Shown here: piece by piece, positions 1 through 9,316 of the stretch
Layout: the number at the start of each line of letters is the position of its first letter
Numbering within the stretch: position 1 is the first letter of the stretch
Source: Clostridia bacterium
Lineage (GTDB): Bacteria; Bacillota; Clostridia; Christensenellales; CAG-138
Direction: 5' to 3'
Length of the DNA stretch: 64,000 bases
Assembly: GCA_017416425.1 (NCBI GenBank)
Contig: JAFQCL010000021.1
Span: 32,747-96,746 of the forward strand
Program-made: the position numbers and the translations under genes
Notes under the pieces: generated by a model
The model's database searches: none
The model's input: only the letters and a program-made list of their open reading frames with translations
What the model was told of the DNA's origin: nothing

Positions 1-1
1 C

Positions 2-598
2 GCCATAGTAATAATCGTGACGGATGCGGGAATTACTAAGAATGCATTTATTCGCACACCATATAATATGGATGCGGAGCTTTTAGACAGGATATCCAGA
101 CGCCTTACGGCGCAGCTGTATGATTGCCGTGTTGTTGATATAGACACAAATAAGGTCATGGAGTCGCTTTATGAATTCGGAAATAATGTGGACTTCTTTA
201 AGGCGTTGATAAACGGTATCGAGAGCAATCTTGAGGAGGGTTCAAAGCATATCGAGCTTTCGGGTGCGGGCAATATACTCAGTCACCCTGAATATAACGA
301 TGTAGAGCGGGCTAAACACATATTATCCGTGATAGAGGAGCAGGAATCGCTCTATAGGGTGCTTAGGGACGCTACTAAAATGGAATTCACGATCACTATA
401 GGCGCGGAAAACGAAAATCCTGGCATGAGGGGATGCAGCATAGTGACCGCGACATATCATATGAAGGGAAAGCCCATAGGCTCTATGGGAGTTATAGGGC
501 CAACCAGAATGAATTACGCAAAGGTGCTTGCGATACTTAGGTATATGGGAAGCTGCCTTAGCGAAACACTAACGAGCATGTTAGAGGAGGATAGCTAG
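2..598 (+). CDS. hrcA: Heat-inducible transcription repressor HrcA (5' truncated by window edge)
   Basis: C-terminal motifs ITIGAEN, CSIVTATY, GSMGVIGPTRMNY; directly upstream of grpE-dnaK-dnaJ. Confidence 0.95.
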   Translation, partial: AIVIIVTDAGITKNAFIRTPYNMDAELLDRISRRLTAQLYDCRVVDIDTNKVMESLYEFGNNVDFFKALINGIESNLEEGSKHIELSGAGNILSHPEYNDVERAKHILSVIEEQESLYRVLRDATKMEFTITIGAENENPGMRGCSIVTATYHMKGKPIGSMGVIGPTRMNYAKVLAILRYMGSCLSETLTSMLEEDS

Positions 599-1144
599 AT
601 GGCTAACAAGAAGAAACAAAAGAATGCTGCCGACGAAGAAAAAAATGAGCAGGCGGAGCCCTTAGAGCAGGATGCCTCAGGCGAGAATGACGAGATATCG
701 GCGCTTAAAGCTGAGATAGCCGAGCTTACCGCGCAAAAGGATGCCGCAATAGCCGGTATGCAGCGCGCTCAGGCGGACTTTATTAATTTTAAACGGCGCA
801 ACGCAAGCGTGGCGGCAGATAGCTTTTTGGATGGCGAGATCGAAGTTGTAAACGCACTGCTTCCTGTGCTGGACGACTTTGAGCGCATGCTTGCCTGTGA
901 GACGACCGATACAGCATATGCCGAAGGCGCCAAAATGGTCTACAGAAGGCTTACGGATGAGCTTAAGCGCCTTGGTGTTACTGAAATTTCCTGTGATTGC
1001 GCCTTCGACCCCAGACTGCATAACGCTGTCATGATGGAGAAGGCCGAGGATAAAGAAAGCGGGGCAATAGTTGAAGTGCTTCGCAAGGGCTACATGATGA
1101 ATAACCGTATAATTCGCCACAGCATGGTGAAAATAGCGGAATAA
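599..1144 (+). CDS. grpE: Nucleotide exchange factor GrpE
   Basis: RAQADFINFKRR, LLPVLDDFER, FDPRLHNAV, KGY..R.SMVKI; operon context. Confidence 0.97.
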   Translation: MANKKKQKNAADEEKNEQAEPLEQDASGENDEISALKAEIAELTAQKDAAIAGMQRAQADFINFKRRNASVAADSFLDGEIEVVNALLPVLDDFERMLACETTDTAYAEGAKMVYRRLTDELKRLGVTEISCDCAFDPRLHNAVMMEKAEDKESGAIVEVLRKGYMMNNRIIRHSMVKIAE

Positions 1145-1189
1145 GCAATATATAGATAATAAAGTGTTAATAATTTGGAGGTAAATAAA

Positions 1190-3007
1190 ATGGCAAAGAT
1201 TATCGGAATTGACCTTGGTACTACAAACTCCTGCGTAGCGGTTCTCGAAGGCGGTGAACCCAGCGTTATCACAAACTCTGAGGGCGCAAGGACTACTCCT
1301 TCTGTGGTCGCTTTCAAAAACGGAGAGAGGCTCGTTGGCAGCATAGCAAAGAACCAGGCTATTACAAATCCGGATCACACTATAAGCTCTATTAAGCGTG
1401 AGATGGGTACAAATTACAAAAAGCGCATAGATGGCAAGGAGTATACTCCCCAGGAGATATCAGCGATGATACTCCAGAAGCTCAAGACCGATGCGGAAGC
1501 ATATCTTGGAGAGAAGATCACACAGGCTGTAATCACCGTTCCCGCGTATTTCAGTGACAGCCAGCGTCAGGCTACAAAAGACGCAGGCCGCATAGCGGGA
1601 CTTGAAGTTCTTCGTATAATTAACGAGCCCACTGCGGCAGCGCTTGCATATGGCCTTGATAAGGACCATAATCAGCGCATACTGGTATATGACCTTGGCG
1701 GCGGTACGTTTGACGTTTCCATACTTGAGATTGGCGACGGCGTATTTGAGGTGCTTGCTACTGCCGGTAACAACAGACTCGGCGGCGATGATTTTGACCA
1801 GAGGATAATGGACTATGTATGCTCTGAGTTTAAACGTGAGCATGGCATCGACCTTAGAAATGACAGGATGACCATGCAGAGGATTAAGGAAGCTGCTGAA
1901 AAGGCAAAGATAGAGCTTTCAAACGCTCTGACTGCAAACATCAACATACCCTTCATAACAAGCTCGAAGCATCTTGATATGACCATAACTCGCGCTAAGT
2001 TCAATGAGCTTACGGCAGACCTTGTTGAGAGCACCAAAAAGTGCATGCATCAGGCGCTTCGCGATGCCGGCATTACCGTTGCGAAGATCGATAAGGTAAT
2101 ACTTGTGGGCGGTTCTTCCCGCATTCCTGCCGTTCAAGAGGCTGTTCGCAATGTAACGGGCAAAGATCCCTTTAAGGGCATCAACCCCGATGAGTGCGTA
2201 GCCATCGGCGCTGCTATACAGGCAGGCGTGCTTGGCGGCGAAGTAAATGACATCGTGCTTCTTGATGTAACTCCTCTTTCCCTTGGTATCGAGACCGTTG
2301 GCGGTATATTTACAAGGCTTATCGAGCGCAATACAACGATACCCACTCAAAAGAGCCAGATATTCTCAACTGCGGCCGATGGACAGACCAGCGTTGAAGT
2401 ACATGTGCTTCAGGGCGAGCGCGATATGGCGCAGTATAATAGAACGCTCGGCAGATTCCAGCTTAGCGGCATAGCTCCCGCACCGCGCGGCGTACCGCAG
2501 ATAGAGGTAAAATTTGACATAGATGCAAACGGTATAGTACATGTATCCGCCAAAGATCTTGGCACAGGCAATGAGCAGAAGGTAACGATCACGGCATCTA
2601 GCAATCTCAGCGAAGATGAGATCAAGAAGGCCGTTAAGGATGCTGAACACTTTGCCGAGGAGGATAAGGCGCGCCGTGAGGAAGTTGAGCAGCGAAATCA
2701 TGCGGATTCACTCATCTACAACACCGAAAAGAGCCTTAAGGATCTTGGAGATAAGCTTACGAACGAAGATAAGAGCAGCATAGAGGCTGAGATAGCGAAT
2801 GTTCGTGAAGCGCTAAGTGGCGATTCGACCCGCGCCATAAAGGAAGCATGCGAAAAGCTTACCGATGTCTCCTATAGGATATTCGGCAGCGTATACCAGC
2901 AGCAGGCAAACGAGCAGGGTCAGAATCCCGGTGATGGACAGTACGACCCAAATAACGGCGGCAATGCCTATGACGCCGAATACGAGCCGGTGGATAAGGA
3001 TGAATAA
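1190..3007 (+). CDS. dnaK: Chaperone DnaK (Hsp70)
   Basis: [30 protein letters not shown]; GGAGG SD before ATG 1190. Confidence 0.99.
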   Translation: MAKIIGIDLGTTNSCVAVLEGGEPSVITNSEGARTTPSVVAFKNGERLVGSIAKNQAITNPDHTISSIKREMGTNYKKRIDGKEYTPQEISAMILQKLKTDAEAYLGEKITQAVITVPAYFSDSQRQATKDAGRIAGLEVLRIINEPTAAALAYGLDKDHNQRILVYDLGGGTFDVSILEIGDGVFEVLATAGNNRLGGDDFDQRIMDYVCSEFKREHGIDLRNDRMTMQRIKEAAEKAKIELSNALTANINIPFITSSKHLDMTITRAKFNELTADLVESTKKCMHQALRDAGITVAKIDKVILVGGSSRIPAVQEAVRNVTGKDPFKGINPDECVAIGAAIQAGVLGGEVNDIVLLDVTPLSLGIETVGGIFTRLIERNTTIPTQKSQIFSTAADGQTSVEVHVLQGERDMAQYNRTLGRFQLSGIAPAPRGVPQIEVKFDIDANGIVHVSAKDLGTGNEQKVTITASSNLSEDEIKKAVKDAEHFAEEDKARREEVEQRNHADSLIYNTEKSLKDLGDKLTNEDKSSIEAEIANVREALSGDSTRAIKEACEKLTDVSYRIFGSVYQQQANEQGQNPGDGQYDPNNGGNAYDAEYEPVDKDE

Positions 3008-3030
3008 AGCCTTTTAAAAATTAAGCTGTT

Positions 3031-3067
3031 ATGGTGCAGGGCGTGTATTGCGCTTCTGCACCGTTTT
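3031..3067 (+). terminator. Stem-loop/terminator between dnaK and dnaJ
   Basis: GGTGCAG...CTGCACC stem followed by GTTTT. Confidence 0.6.
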
Positions 3068-3129
3068 ATGGTATGATTTCATGGAATGTGCTGTAATAAC
3101 AGCGTGAAAGTTTCAGGAGCGAGATTGAC

Positions 3130-4269
3130 GTGGCAAAAAAAGATTATTATGAAGTGTTGGGCGTTGATAAGGGCGCCTCGGACGATGAAATAAAAAGTGC
3201 CTTTAGAAAAGCTGCTAAAAGCTGCCATCCCGATCTGCATCCCAATGATTCGGACGCCGAAGCGCGCTTTAAAGAGGTAAATGAAGCGTATGAGGTGCTT
3301 TCCGATAAGCAGAAGCGAGCAAAGTATGATCAATTCGGCCATGCGGCCTTTGATCCTACCGGCGGCGGATATGGCGGCCAAAGCGGAGCCTATACCACGG
3401 GTGCATATAGCGATTTCAGCGATATTCTCAATAACATATTCGGCGGGGCGGGCTTTGGCGGCTTTAATTCGCAGCAAAAAAGAACGGGTCCCGTTCAAGG
3501 CGATGATATAGGCTATAGGCTTACGCTTACATTTGAAGAGGCGGTCTTTGGCGTTACCAAGGAAATAAGCATATCCCGTGAGGAAAACTGCCGTACCTGT
3601 AGCGGCTCGGGAGCGAAGCCCGGAACCTCCACTACCACATGTCCTACATGCGGCGGAAAGGGTCAGGTGCAGTATCAGCAGCGCACCATGTTTGGCGTGA
3701 TGTCAAATGTAAGGACATGCGAAGCCTGTAATGGAAGCGGTAAGATAATAAAGGAGCCCTGCACCGATTGTCGTGGAACAGGGCGTGTGGTAAATAACCG
3801 CAAGATAAGCGTCAATATACCTGCCGGAGTTGACTCGGGGGATACGCTGACCATAAGGGGCGAGGGCGCGGATGGTCTTCGGGGAGGGCCTAAGGGCGAC
3901 CTTTATATAAAGCTTACGGTAAGGCCTCATAAGGTGTTCGTGCGTGATGGGATAGACATAAAGCAGACCATTACGGTGCCCGTGACCACCGCTGTGCTTG
4001 GCGACACCATCGAGCTTAAGACCCTTAGCGGCATAATACAGTATGAGATACCCGAAGGAACTCAGCCCGGCGCCGTTTTGAGGCTTAAGGGGCATGGCGT
4101 ATCAAGACCTAAGAGCAGCGCAAAGGGCGATATGCTTATCACGGTAAATGTTGAGATACCAAAGAAGCTCACAAAGGAGCAGCGTGAAGCCTTTGAGTCA
4201 CTGCATGAGCTTATGACAGGAAATAAAAAACCGCCAAGCAAGCGCAGCGTTTTTGGTAAGAAAAAGTGA
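3130..4269 (+). CDS. dnaJ: Chaperone DnaJ
   Basis: J domain with HPD, G/F-rich region, four CxxCxGxG repeats. Confidence 0.98.
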   Translation: MAKKDYYEVLGVDKGASDDEIKSAFRKAAKSCHPDLHPNDSDAEARFKEVNEAYEVLSDKQKRAKYDQFGHAAFDPTGGGYGGQSGAYTTGAYSDFSDILNNIFGGAGFGGFNSQQKRTGPVQGDDIGYRLTLTFEEAVFGVTKEISISREENCRTCSGSGAKPGTSTTTCPTCGGKGQVQYQQRTMFGVMSNVRTCEACNGSGKIIKEPCTDCRGTGRVVNNRKISVNIPAGVDSGDTLTIRGEGADGLRGGPKGDLYIKLTVRPHKVFVRDGIDIKQTITVPVTTAVLGDTIELKTLSGIIQYEIPEGTQPGAVLRLKGHGVSRPKSSAKGDMLITVNVEIPKKLTKEQREAFESLHELMTGNKKPPSKRSVFGKKK

Positions 4270-4307
4270 GTAAGCGAAGATATCGCTTTCTTGCATTTGA
4301 ATAAGAC

Positions 4308-4354
4308 AAAACCGGCTGAAATGAGATGTTTTTCATCGCTTCGGCCGGTTTTTT
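4308..4354. terminator. Bidirectional intrinsic terminator
   Basis: AAAACCGGCTGAA...TTCGGCCGGTTTTTT between convergent dnaJ and GT2 gene. Confidence 0.75.
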
Positions 4355-4368
4355 ATTTATTTTTATGC

Positions 4369-5298
4369 TTATGCTTCGGTATTTATATCCTCCCCGATTA
4401 TATAAAGAGGTCTGCCCTTTAGTTCATCGTACATTCTGTTCATATAGACACCCTGCATGCCGAGGAATATGAATGTAAGGCTTTGCATGAAAAGCAGCCC
4501 ATCAACAGCCCAAAGCCAGGCAGGAAACGCTACGCTACAACAGCATAGCACGATGAGCGCGATAAGACCCATTCCGGAGAGCATAAGTGATGCTACGCCA
4601 ACGCCTGTTGCCAAAGTGAGAGGTTTATCCGAAAAGCCTGTTATGCCGTCCATTGCAAGACGAAGCATCTTTTTTAGCGTATATTTGGTCTTTCCCGCAT
4701 AGCGCTCATGGCGCACATACTCTACGGGAACGGCGTTATAGCCCATCCAGGCGCTCATGCCGCGGAGGAAGCGATTGTGCTCACGCATACGAAGGAATGT
4801 ATCGGCAACCTTGCGGTCGATAAGCCTGAAATCGCCGGTATCGAGCGGTATGGGATATGCGCTCATAGATCTTAGCAGCCTATAATAGCAAAACGCAGTG
4901 AATTTTTTAAGGAAGGTCTCGCCCTGACGCTTTTGGCGCTTGCCATATGCTATATCCGCGCCATCTTCCCATGCTTTTACAAGCTCGGGTATTACTTCTG
5001 GTGGATCCTGAAGATCCGCATCGATTATAATAAGCGCATCGCCCTTTGCAATGTCCATGCCGGCTGTCACGGCAAGCTGATGCCCAAAATTTCTGGAGAA
5101 GGATCTTACCTTGACCTGAGGATTATTTTTTGCTATCGCGCGAAGCTCCTTCATGGTGTTATCCCTGCTGCCATCATTTATATAGATTATCTCGTAGGGA
5201 TAGCCCATTTGCTTCATTACAGCATCCATGCGCTCAAATGATACACCGATTACCTCCTGCTCATTAAATACAGGCACTATGAGTGATAATGATTTCAT
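4369..5298 (-). CDS. GT2 polyprenyl-phosphate glycosyltransferase (GtrB/YkcC-like); alternative in-frame ATG at 5310
   Basis: IVPVFNE, NDGSRD, FSRNFGHQ, IIDADLQDPP, GDFRLIDR, two C-terminal TM helices. Confidence 0.92.
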   Translation of the reverse strand: MKSLSLIVPVFNEQEVIGVSFERMDAVMKQMGYPYEIIYINDGSRDNTMKELRAIAKNNPQVKVRSFSRNFGHQLAVTAGMDIAKGDALIIIDADLQDPPEVIPELVKAWEDGADIAYGKRQKRQGETFLKKFTAFCYYRLLRSMSAYPIPLDTGDFRLIDRKVADTFLRMREHNRFLRGMSAWMGYNAVPVEYVRHERYAGKTKYTLKKMLRLAMDGITGFSDKPLTLATGVGVASLMLSGMGLIALIVLCCCSVAFPAWLWAVDGLLFMQSLTFIFLGMQGVYMNRMYDELKGRPLYIIGEDINTEA

Positions 5299-5432
5299 AA
5301 CTGCGACCATTACTTTCGCCCGGCGAAAGTTTCCTTTCTTGTGGAATTGGGACTGGTTTTGTGCTTGCGCAAAATCGCGGCCGGAAGGCTTTTGAAGTTA
5401 CAAAACACGGTTTGAAAATTTATTTTCAAACT
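5299..5432 (-). repeat. Start-codon-adjacent structured element, copy A
   Basis: Minus strand AGTTTGAAAATAAATTTTCAAACCGTG...CAGTCCCAATTCCACAAGAAAGGAAACTTTCGCCGGGCGAAAGTAATGGTCGCAGTT-ATG; same core at 16818, 19391, 28648, 35266. Confidence 0.9.
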
Positions 5433-5553
5433 TCCTCCGTAAAAGCTTTTTTTAGTATAGCACATAGTATTTGAAATATCAATCAAAGTGGGAAAATGTT
5501 TTCAAATGTAATTTTCCGGAAAAATATGGCACTAAAAAAACGAAAAAAATGAC

Positions 5554-5601
5554 TTTACAAGACAAATGTTTGGTGCTATACTGATTACAAACAATCGTTT
5601 G
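5554..5601 (+). promoter_or_regulatory. Sigma-A promoter with two LexA(SOS)-box-like sites
   Basis: TTTACA(5554)-17 nt-TATACT(5577) with extended TG; AGAC-AAAT-GTTT (5560-5571) and CAAAC-AATC-GTTTG (5588-5601) resemble GAAC-N4-GTTC; upstream of a Y-family polymerase. Confidence 0.65.
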
Positions 5602-5610
5602 GAGGGCAAT

Positions 5611-5859
5611 ATGAAGCGGTACAACTATCCTACACGGGTGCTTGTGGAGTTTGATGTAAATGGCGACGTCAAGCCTGCCTATTTTCTGCTGCCTTCGGGA
5701 AGGAGGGCCCGCGTAGACAGCATACTATATCGGGATGAAGCCCGCTTTGGGTATAGGACATACACCTGCTTTGGACTTTCATTTGAACAGCGTTTTGCGC
5801 TGCTCTACTGGGATAAGGTTAGAAATAAATGGTTTTTGATAAAGGAGGGCATGATATGA
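5611..5859 (+). CDS. Small hypothetical protein (82 aa) translationally coupled to dinB
   Basis: GGAGG SD before ATG 5611; stop overlaps dinB start (ATGA). Confidence 0.8.
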   Translation: MKRYNYPTRVLVEFDVNGDVKPAYFLLPSGRRARVDSILYRDEARFGYRTYTCFGLSFEQRFALLYWDKVRNKWFLIKEGMI

Positions 5860-7067
5860 GCATACTGCATGTGGACTTGAATTCATTTTACGCGCATTGC
5901 AGCATAAGGCATAGCGGAGGGAAATATAGAAATGATATGCCCATAATAATCGGCGGAGATCCTGCAAAAAGACATGGCATAGTTCTTGCGGCGACATATG
6001 TAGTGAAAAGACAAGGGATACACGCAGGCATGCCTATCATAAAAGCGGTGCAACTATGCCCCGAAGCGATAGTCATACCGCCAGATTACAGACTTTATAC
6101 GGTCTGCTCAGAGCAGTTTATGAATATAGTGAGGGAATATTCGCCCACCATCATGCGCTATGGCATAGACGAAGCTTATATAGATTACACGGGCTGCGAG
6201 CATCTCTTTGGAAGCGCAAAGGAAGTGGCTTATGCTATAAAGGAACGGGTAAAGCTTGAGCTGGGGATTACTGTGTCCGTAGGTGTGGGGGATAACCCGC
6301 TTATGGCGAAGATGGGGTCGGATTATAAAAAGCCGGATGCCGTTACCATCGTAGACGGCGAATTTTGGAGAAAGAATATAATGCCTTTGAGCGTGGATAA
6401 ACTCATGTACATAGGTAGATCTACCGCAAAAAGGCTGAATGAAATGGGCATATATACCATAGGCGAGCTGGCTCTAACGAGTGAGAGCATGCTTGTGGCC
6501 GTATTCGGTGTTATGGGCAGGCAGATGTGGCAGCACGCGAACGGTATCGATAAGCCAAGGCTTGAAAGATCGGAAGCCGTACACAAGAGCATGAGCTGCG
6601 CCTGTACATTTCCCGAGAACTTAAAGGAAATTTCAGAGTATCACGCCGCCATACTGACCCAGCTTGATAAAGTTTCCTACCGTATGCGGATCACAGGTCA
6701 AAAGGCCTTGGGCGTTGGTGTGAGCGTGCGGTATTCGGATCTGTCGTATAAAAGCAAGCAGATAAAGCTTAACAGGGCTACGGATATCACCGATGAGCTT
6801 TATGCGGCCTCACTTAAAATAGCCGATGGGCTGTATGGTTCAAAGCCGATAAGACAAGTTGGGGTGAAGCTTTTTGATTTAAGTTCATTTGGAGAGCAGC
6901 TTTTGCTTATAGATGATGATGTGCATGAAAAACGAAAAAAGGCAGATACCGCCATAGACAGCATAAGGGAACGCTTTGGAATGCAGAGCATATTCCGAGG
7001 CGCTACTGTGATGCAGTCGCTGCAGGAGGTGGTGGAGAATGATTTTGACCCATTTGACAGATGCTAA
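5856..7067 (+). CDS. dinB: Y-family DNA polymerase IV
   Basis: ILHVDLNSFYA, GIDEAYID, SVGVG.N.LMAKMGSDYKKPD, C-terminal QLLLI and AIDSIRERFG. Confidence 0.92.
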   Translation: MSILHVDLNSFYAHCSIRHSGGKYRNDMPIIIGGDPAKRHGIVLAATYVVKRQGIHAGMPIIKAVQLCPEAIVIPPDYRLYTVCSEQFMNIVREYSPTIMRYGIDEAYIDYTGCEHLFGSAKEVAYAIKERVKLELGITVSVGVGDNPLMAKMGSDYKKPDAVTIVDGEFWRKNIMPLSVDKLMYIGRSTAKRLNEMGIYTIGELALTSESMLVAVFGVMGRQMWQHANGIDKPRLERSEAVHKSMSCACTFPENLKEISEYHAAILTQLDKVSYRMRITGQKALGVGVSVRYSDLSYKSKQIKLNRATDITDELYAASLKIADGLYGSKPIRQVGVKLFDLSSFGEQLLLIDDDVHEKRKKADTAIDSIRERFGMQSIFRGATVMQSLQEVVENDFDPFDRC

Positions 7068-7072
7068 ATCGA

Positions 7073-7101
7073 TTGATATCATTTCATTATTATGATATAA
7101 T
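7073..7101 (+). promoter_or_regulatory. Sigma-A promoter overlapped by inverted repeat
   Basis: TTGATA-17 nt-TATAAT; ATATCAT-N9-ATGATAT spans the spacer. Confidence 0.6.
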
Positions 7102-7136
7102 CAATATGATTATTAATTTATAAGGGTGATGGGTAT

Positions 7137-7895
7137 ATGAGACGTTTTATTGCTGTTTTCATTACGGCTTCAATGCTGCTTTGCTTTGCACTGCCGGTAT
7201 TCGCCCAGCCACCGCAGGCCATAGGCTATGGGGCGACCGGCGATGATGTGGTTCGCATACAGCTAAGGCTTAGGGAGCTTGGTTATTTTATGTATAAGCC
7301 GACTGGCAACTATCAGAGCATGACCGTAAACGCAGCCATTGCGTTTCAGTCAAGCCAGGTCGATGAAAATGGATACAGCATAGCTGCGGATGGGGTTATA
7401 GGACCTCAGTCGTTGGGTATATTATTCGGGCTTTCGGCAAGACGCGCCGACATCAAGGTGGATATACCCTTTGGTAAGACCGAGGCAAGCGTAAAGGTCT
7501 CGGGGCAGATGGTATCATGGGACAGCGTGAAGGAGAGGCTGACGGTTGGAAACACATACACCGTAATAGATTGTTACTCAGGCACCGAATTTAGCATCGT
7601 ATTTTATGGGGGCGAATTTCATGCTGAGATAGAGTGCTCGACCCCGGAGGATGCGGATATATATAAAAACCTGTTTGGCGGAGAGTACAACTATTCAAAG
7701 CGTCCCGTATGCTTAAAGCTTGGTGATGAACTTATTGCGGCATCCCTTCAGGGGCATCCGCATGGCGAGGATCATGGCGCGGACGATGGCGAAATGGGGC
7801 ATTCATGCCTTTATTTTGAGGGCAGCAGGTCGCACATCGGCAGCCTGCGTGATGTTGAGCACAATACGCAGGTATATAAAGCGGCGGGCAGATGA
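7137..7895 (+). CDS. Secreted peptidoglycan-binding domain protein
   Basis: Signal peptide; PG_binding_1-like GDDVVRIQLRLRELGY...AFQ...ADGVIGPQS; C-terminal GHSCLYF. Confidence 0.75.
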   Translation: MRRFIAVFITASMLLCFALPVFAQPPQAIGYGATGDDVVRIQLRLRELGYFMYKPTGNYQSMTVNAAIAFQSSQVDENGYSIAADGVIGPQSLGILFGLSARRADIKVDIPFGKTEASVKVSGQMVSWDSVKERLTVGNTYTVIDCYSGTEFSIVFYGGEFHAEIECSTPEDADIYKNLFGGEYNYSKRPVCLKLGDELIAASLQGHPHGEDHGADDGEMGHSCLYFEGSRSHIGSLRDVEHNTQVYKAAGR

Positions 7896-7906
7896 AAGCC
7901 TAACGC

Positions 7907-7952
7907 AAAAAAACGGACACCTTGCCATTTTTAGCACAGTGTCCGTTTTTTT
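7907..7952. terminator. Bidirectional intrinsic terminator
   Basis: AAAAAAACGGACAC...GTGTCCGTTTTTTT between convergent genes. Confidence 0.85.
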
Positions 7953-7959
7953 ATTTCTG

Positions 7960-9162
7960 TCAGATCAGGCTTAAGCCATACTCAAGGTCAGCGATTATGT
8001 CATCTACATCCTCAAGACCTACACTTATCCTTATAAGCGACTGCGGGATATTGGCTTTTAAAAGCTCCTCGGCAGTATATGTGCTGTGGGTCATTGTGGC
8101 GGGATGCTCTATGAGCGTTTCTGCGTCGCCAAGGCTTACGGCGAGAGTGCAGAGCCTTAGTGAATTGATGAATTTGGCGCTCTCCTCCCTTGTAGTGTTG
8201 AGCTCAAATGATATCATACCGCCAAAGTCCTGCATCTGACGCTTTGCAAGTTCATGCTGCGGATGGCTCTCAAGCCCGGGGTATAGTACACGCTTTACCT
8301 TGGGGTGCTTTTCAAGATGCTCGGCTATTATCATTGCATTTTTGCAGTGCTTTTCCATACGGATATCAAGCGTTTTAAAGCCTCTGTTTATAAGAAACGC
8401 TTCAAAGGGTCCTAATACGGCTCCTGTCATGTCCTTAAGACCGAAGAGGTTGCATTCGCTTATAAACGCGCTTGAACCGGCTATCATGCCCGCTATAACA
8501 TCGCCGTGGCCGTTTAAATATTTTGTTGCGCTGTGTATGACAACATCCGCGCCAAGCTTTATAGGCTGCTGCAGACAGGGTGTGCAGAATGTGTTATCCA
8601 CAAAGACAAGACACTCCGGATTATGTGCGTGTACGATATTTGAAACAGCTGAAATGTCAACAAGTTTAAGATTGGGATTTGTGGGGCTTTCAAAATAAAC
8701 TGCCTTTGTATTGGGTCGGAGGTTATTTTTGACATTTTCAAGGTTTGAAAAATCAACAAGTGTAACTTCAACGCCAAAGCGGGTTAGACCATGGGTGAAA
8801 TATGAGAACGTACAGCCATAGAGAGAATCATCCGCTAAGAGGTGATCCCCTGCGCGCAGAGCGGTCCACATGGCTGTGGTAACGGCGCCCATTCCCGAGC
8901 CTACGGCAATGGCAGCTTCCGCACCCTCAAGCGCGGCTAATTTTTCACCAAGCTGCGTGGTGTTGGGGTTTCCAAGCCTTGTGTAGATATAGCCGGTTTC
9001 ATCGCCGGTGAATCTTCTTGCGCCCTGCTCGGTATCATCGAATACGAAAGTCGATGTCTGAAAAATAGGCGTAGCCAGCGGATTTATACCCGGGATATCA
9101 AAATGACCAACGTGAATCTGTTTAGTTGAAAAGCCTTGGCCTTTCATGTCGTGTTCGGACAT
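7960..9162 (-). CDS. megL: Methionine gamma-lyase (PLP-dependent Cys/Met metabolism family)
   Basis: YIYTRLGNP, YGCT (MGL-typical Cys), DNTF, HSATKYLNGH, GLKDMTG; GGAGG SD before ATG 9162. Confidence 0.88.
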   Translation of the reverse strand: MSEHDMKGQGFSTKQIHVGHFDIPGINPLATPIFQTSTFVFDDTEQGARRFTGDETGYIYTRLGNPNTTQLGEKLAALEGAEAAIAVGSGMGAVTTAMWTALRAGDHLLADDSLYGCTFSYFTHGLTRFGVEVTLVDFSNLENVKNNLRPNTKAVYFESPTNPNLKLVDISAVSNIVHAHNPECLVFVDNTFCTPCLQQPIKLGADVVIHSATKYLNGHGDVIAGMIAGSSAFISECNLFGLKDMTGAVLGPFEAFLINRGFKTLDIRMEKHCKNAMIIAEHLEKHPKVKRVLYPGLESHPQHELAKRQMQDFGGMISFELNTTREESAKFINSLRLCTLAVSLGDAETLIEHPATMTHSTYTAEELLKANIPQSLIRISVGLEDVDDIIADLEYGLSLI

Positions 9163-9316
9163 AATTACCTCCAAAAGTATTGTTGATATCATTGTAGCAC
9201 CGAACATGGCTTTATGCAAGGGATGGCGCTCCTTTTTAAAGGCATTTTAGGGAATTTTAAATAATAAAAAATAAAAGCCCGAAGGATCGCTCCTTAGGGC
9301 TTAATATTTAAGACGG

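Noticed and set aside
1145-1189. CIRCE operator in the dnaK operon
   Set aside because: No TTAGCACTC-N9-GAGTGCTAA seen in the window; it would be expected upstream of hrcA, outside the window.
677-2701. Long antisense ORFs opposite grpE/dnaK (and similar ones opposite pur, sel, DUF4956 and hydrogenase genes)
   Set aside because: Shadow frames of conserved genes with no recognisable motifs or SD.
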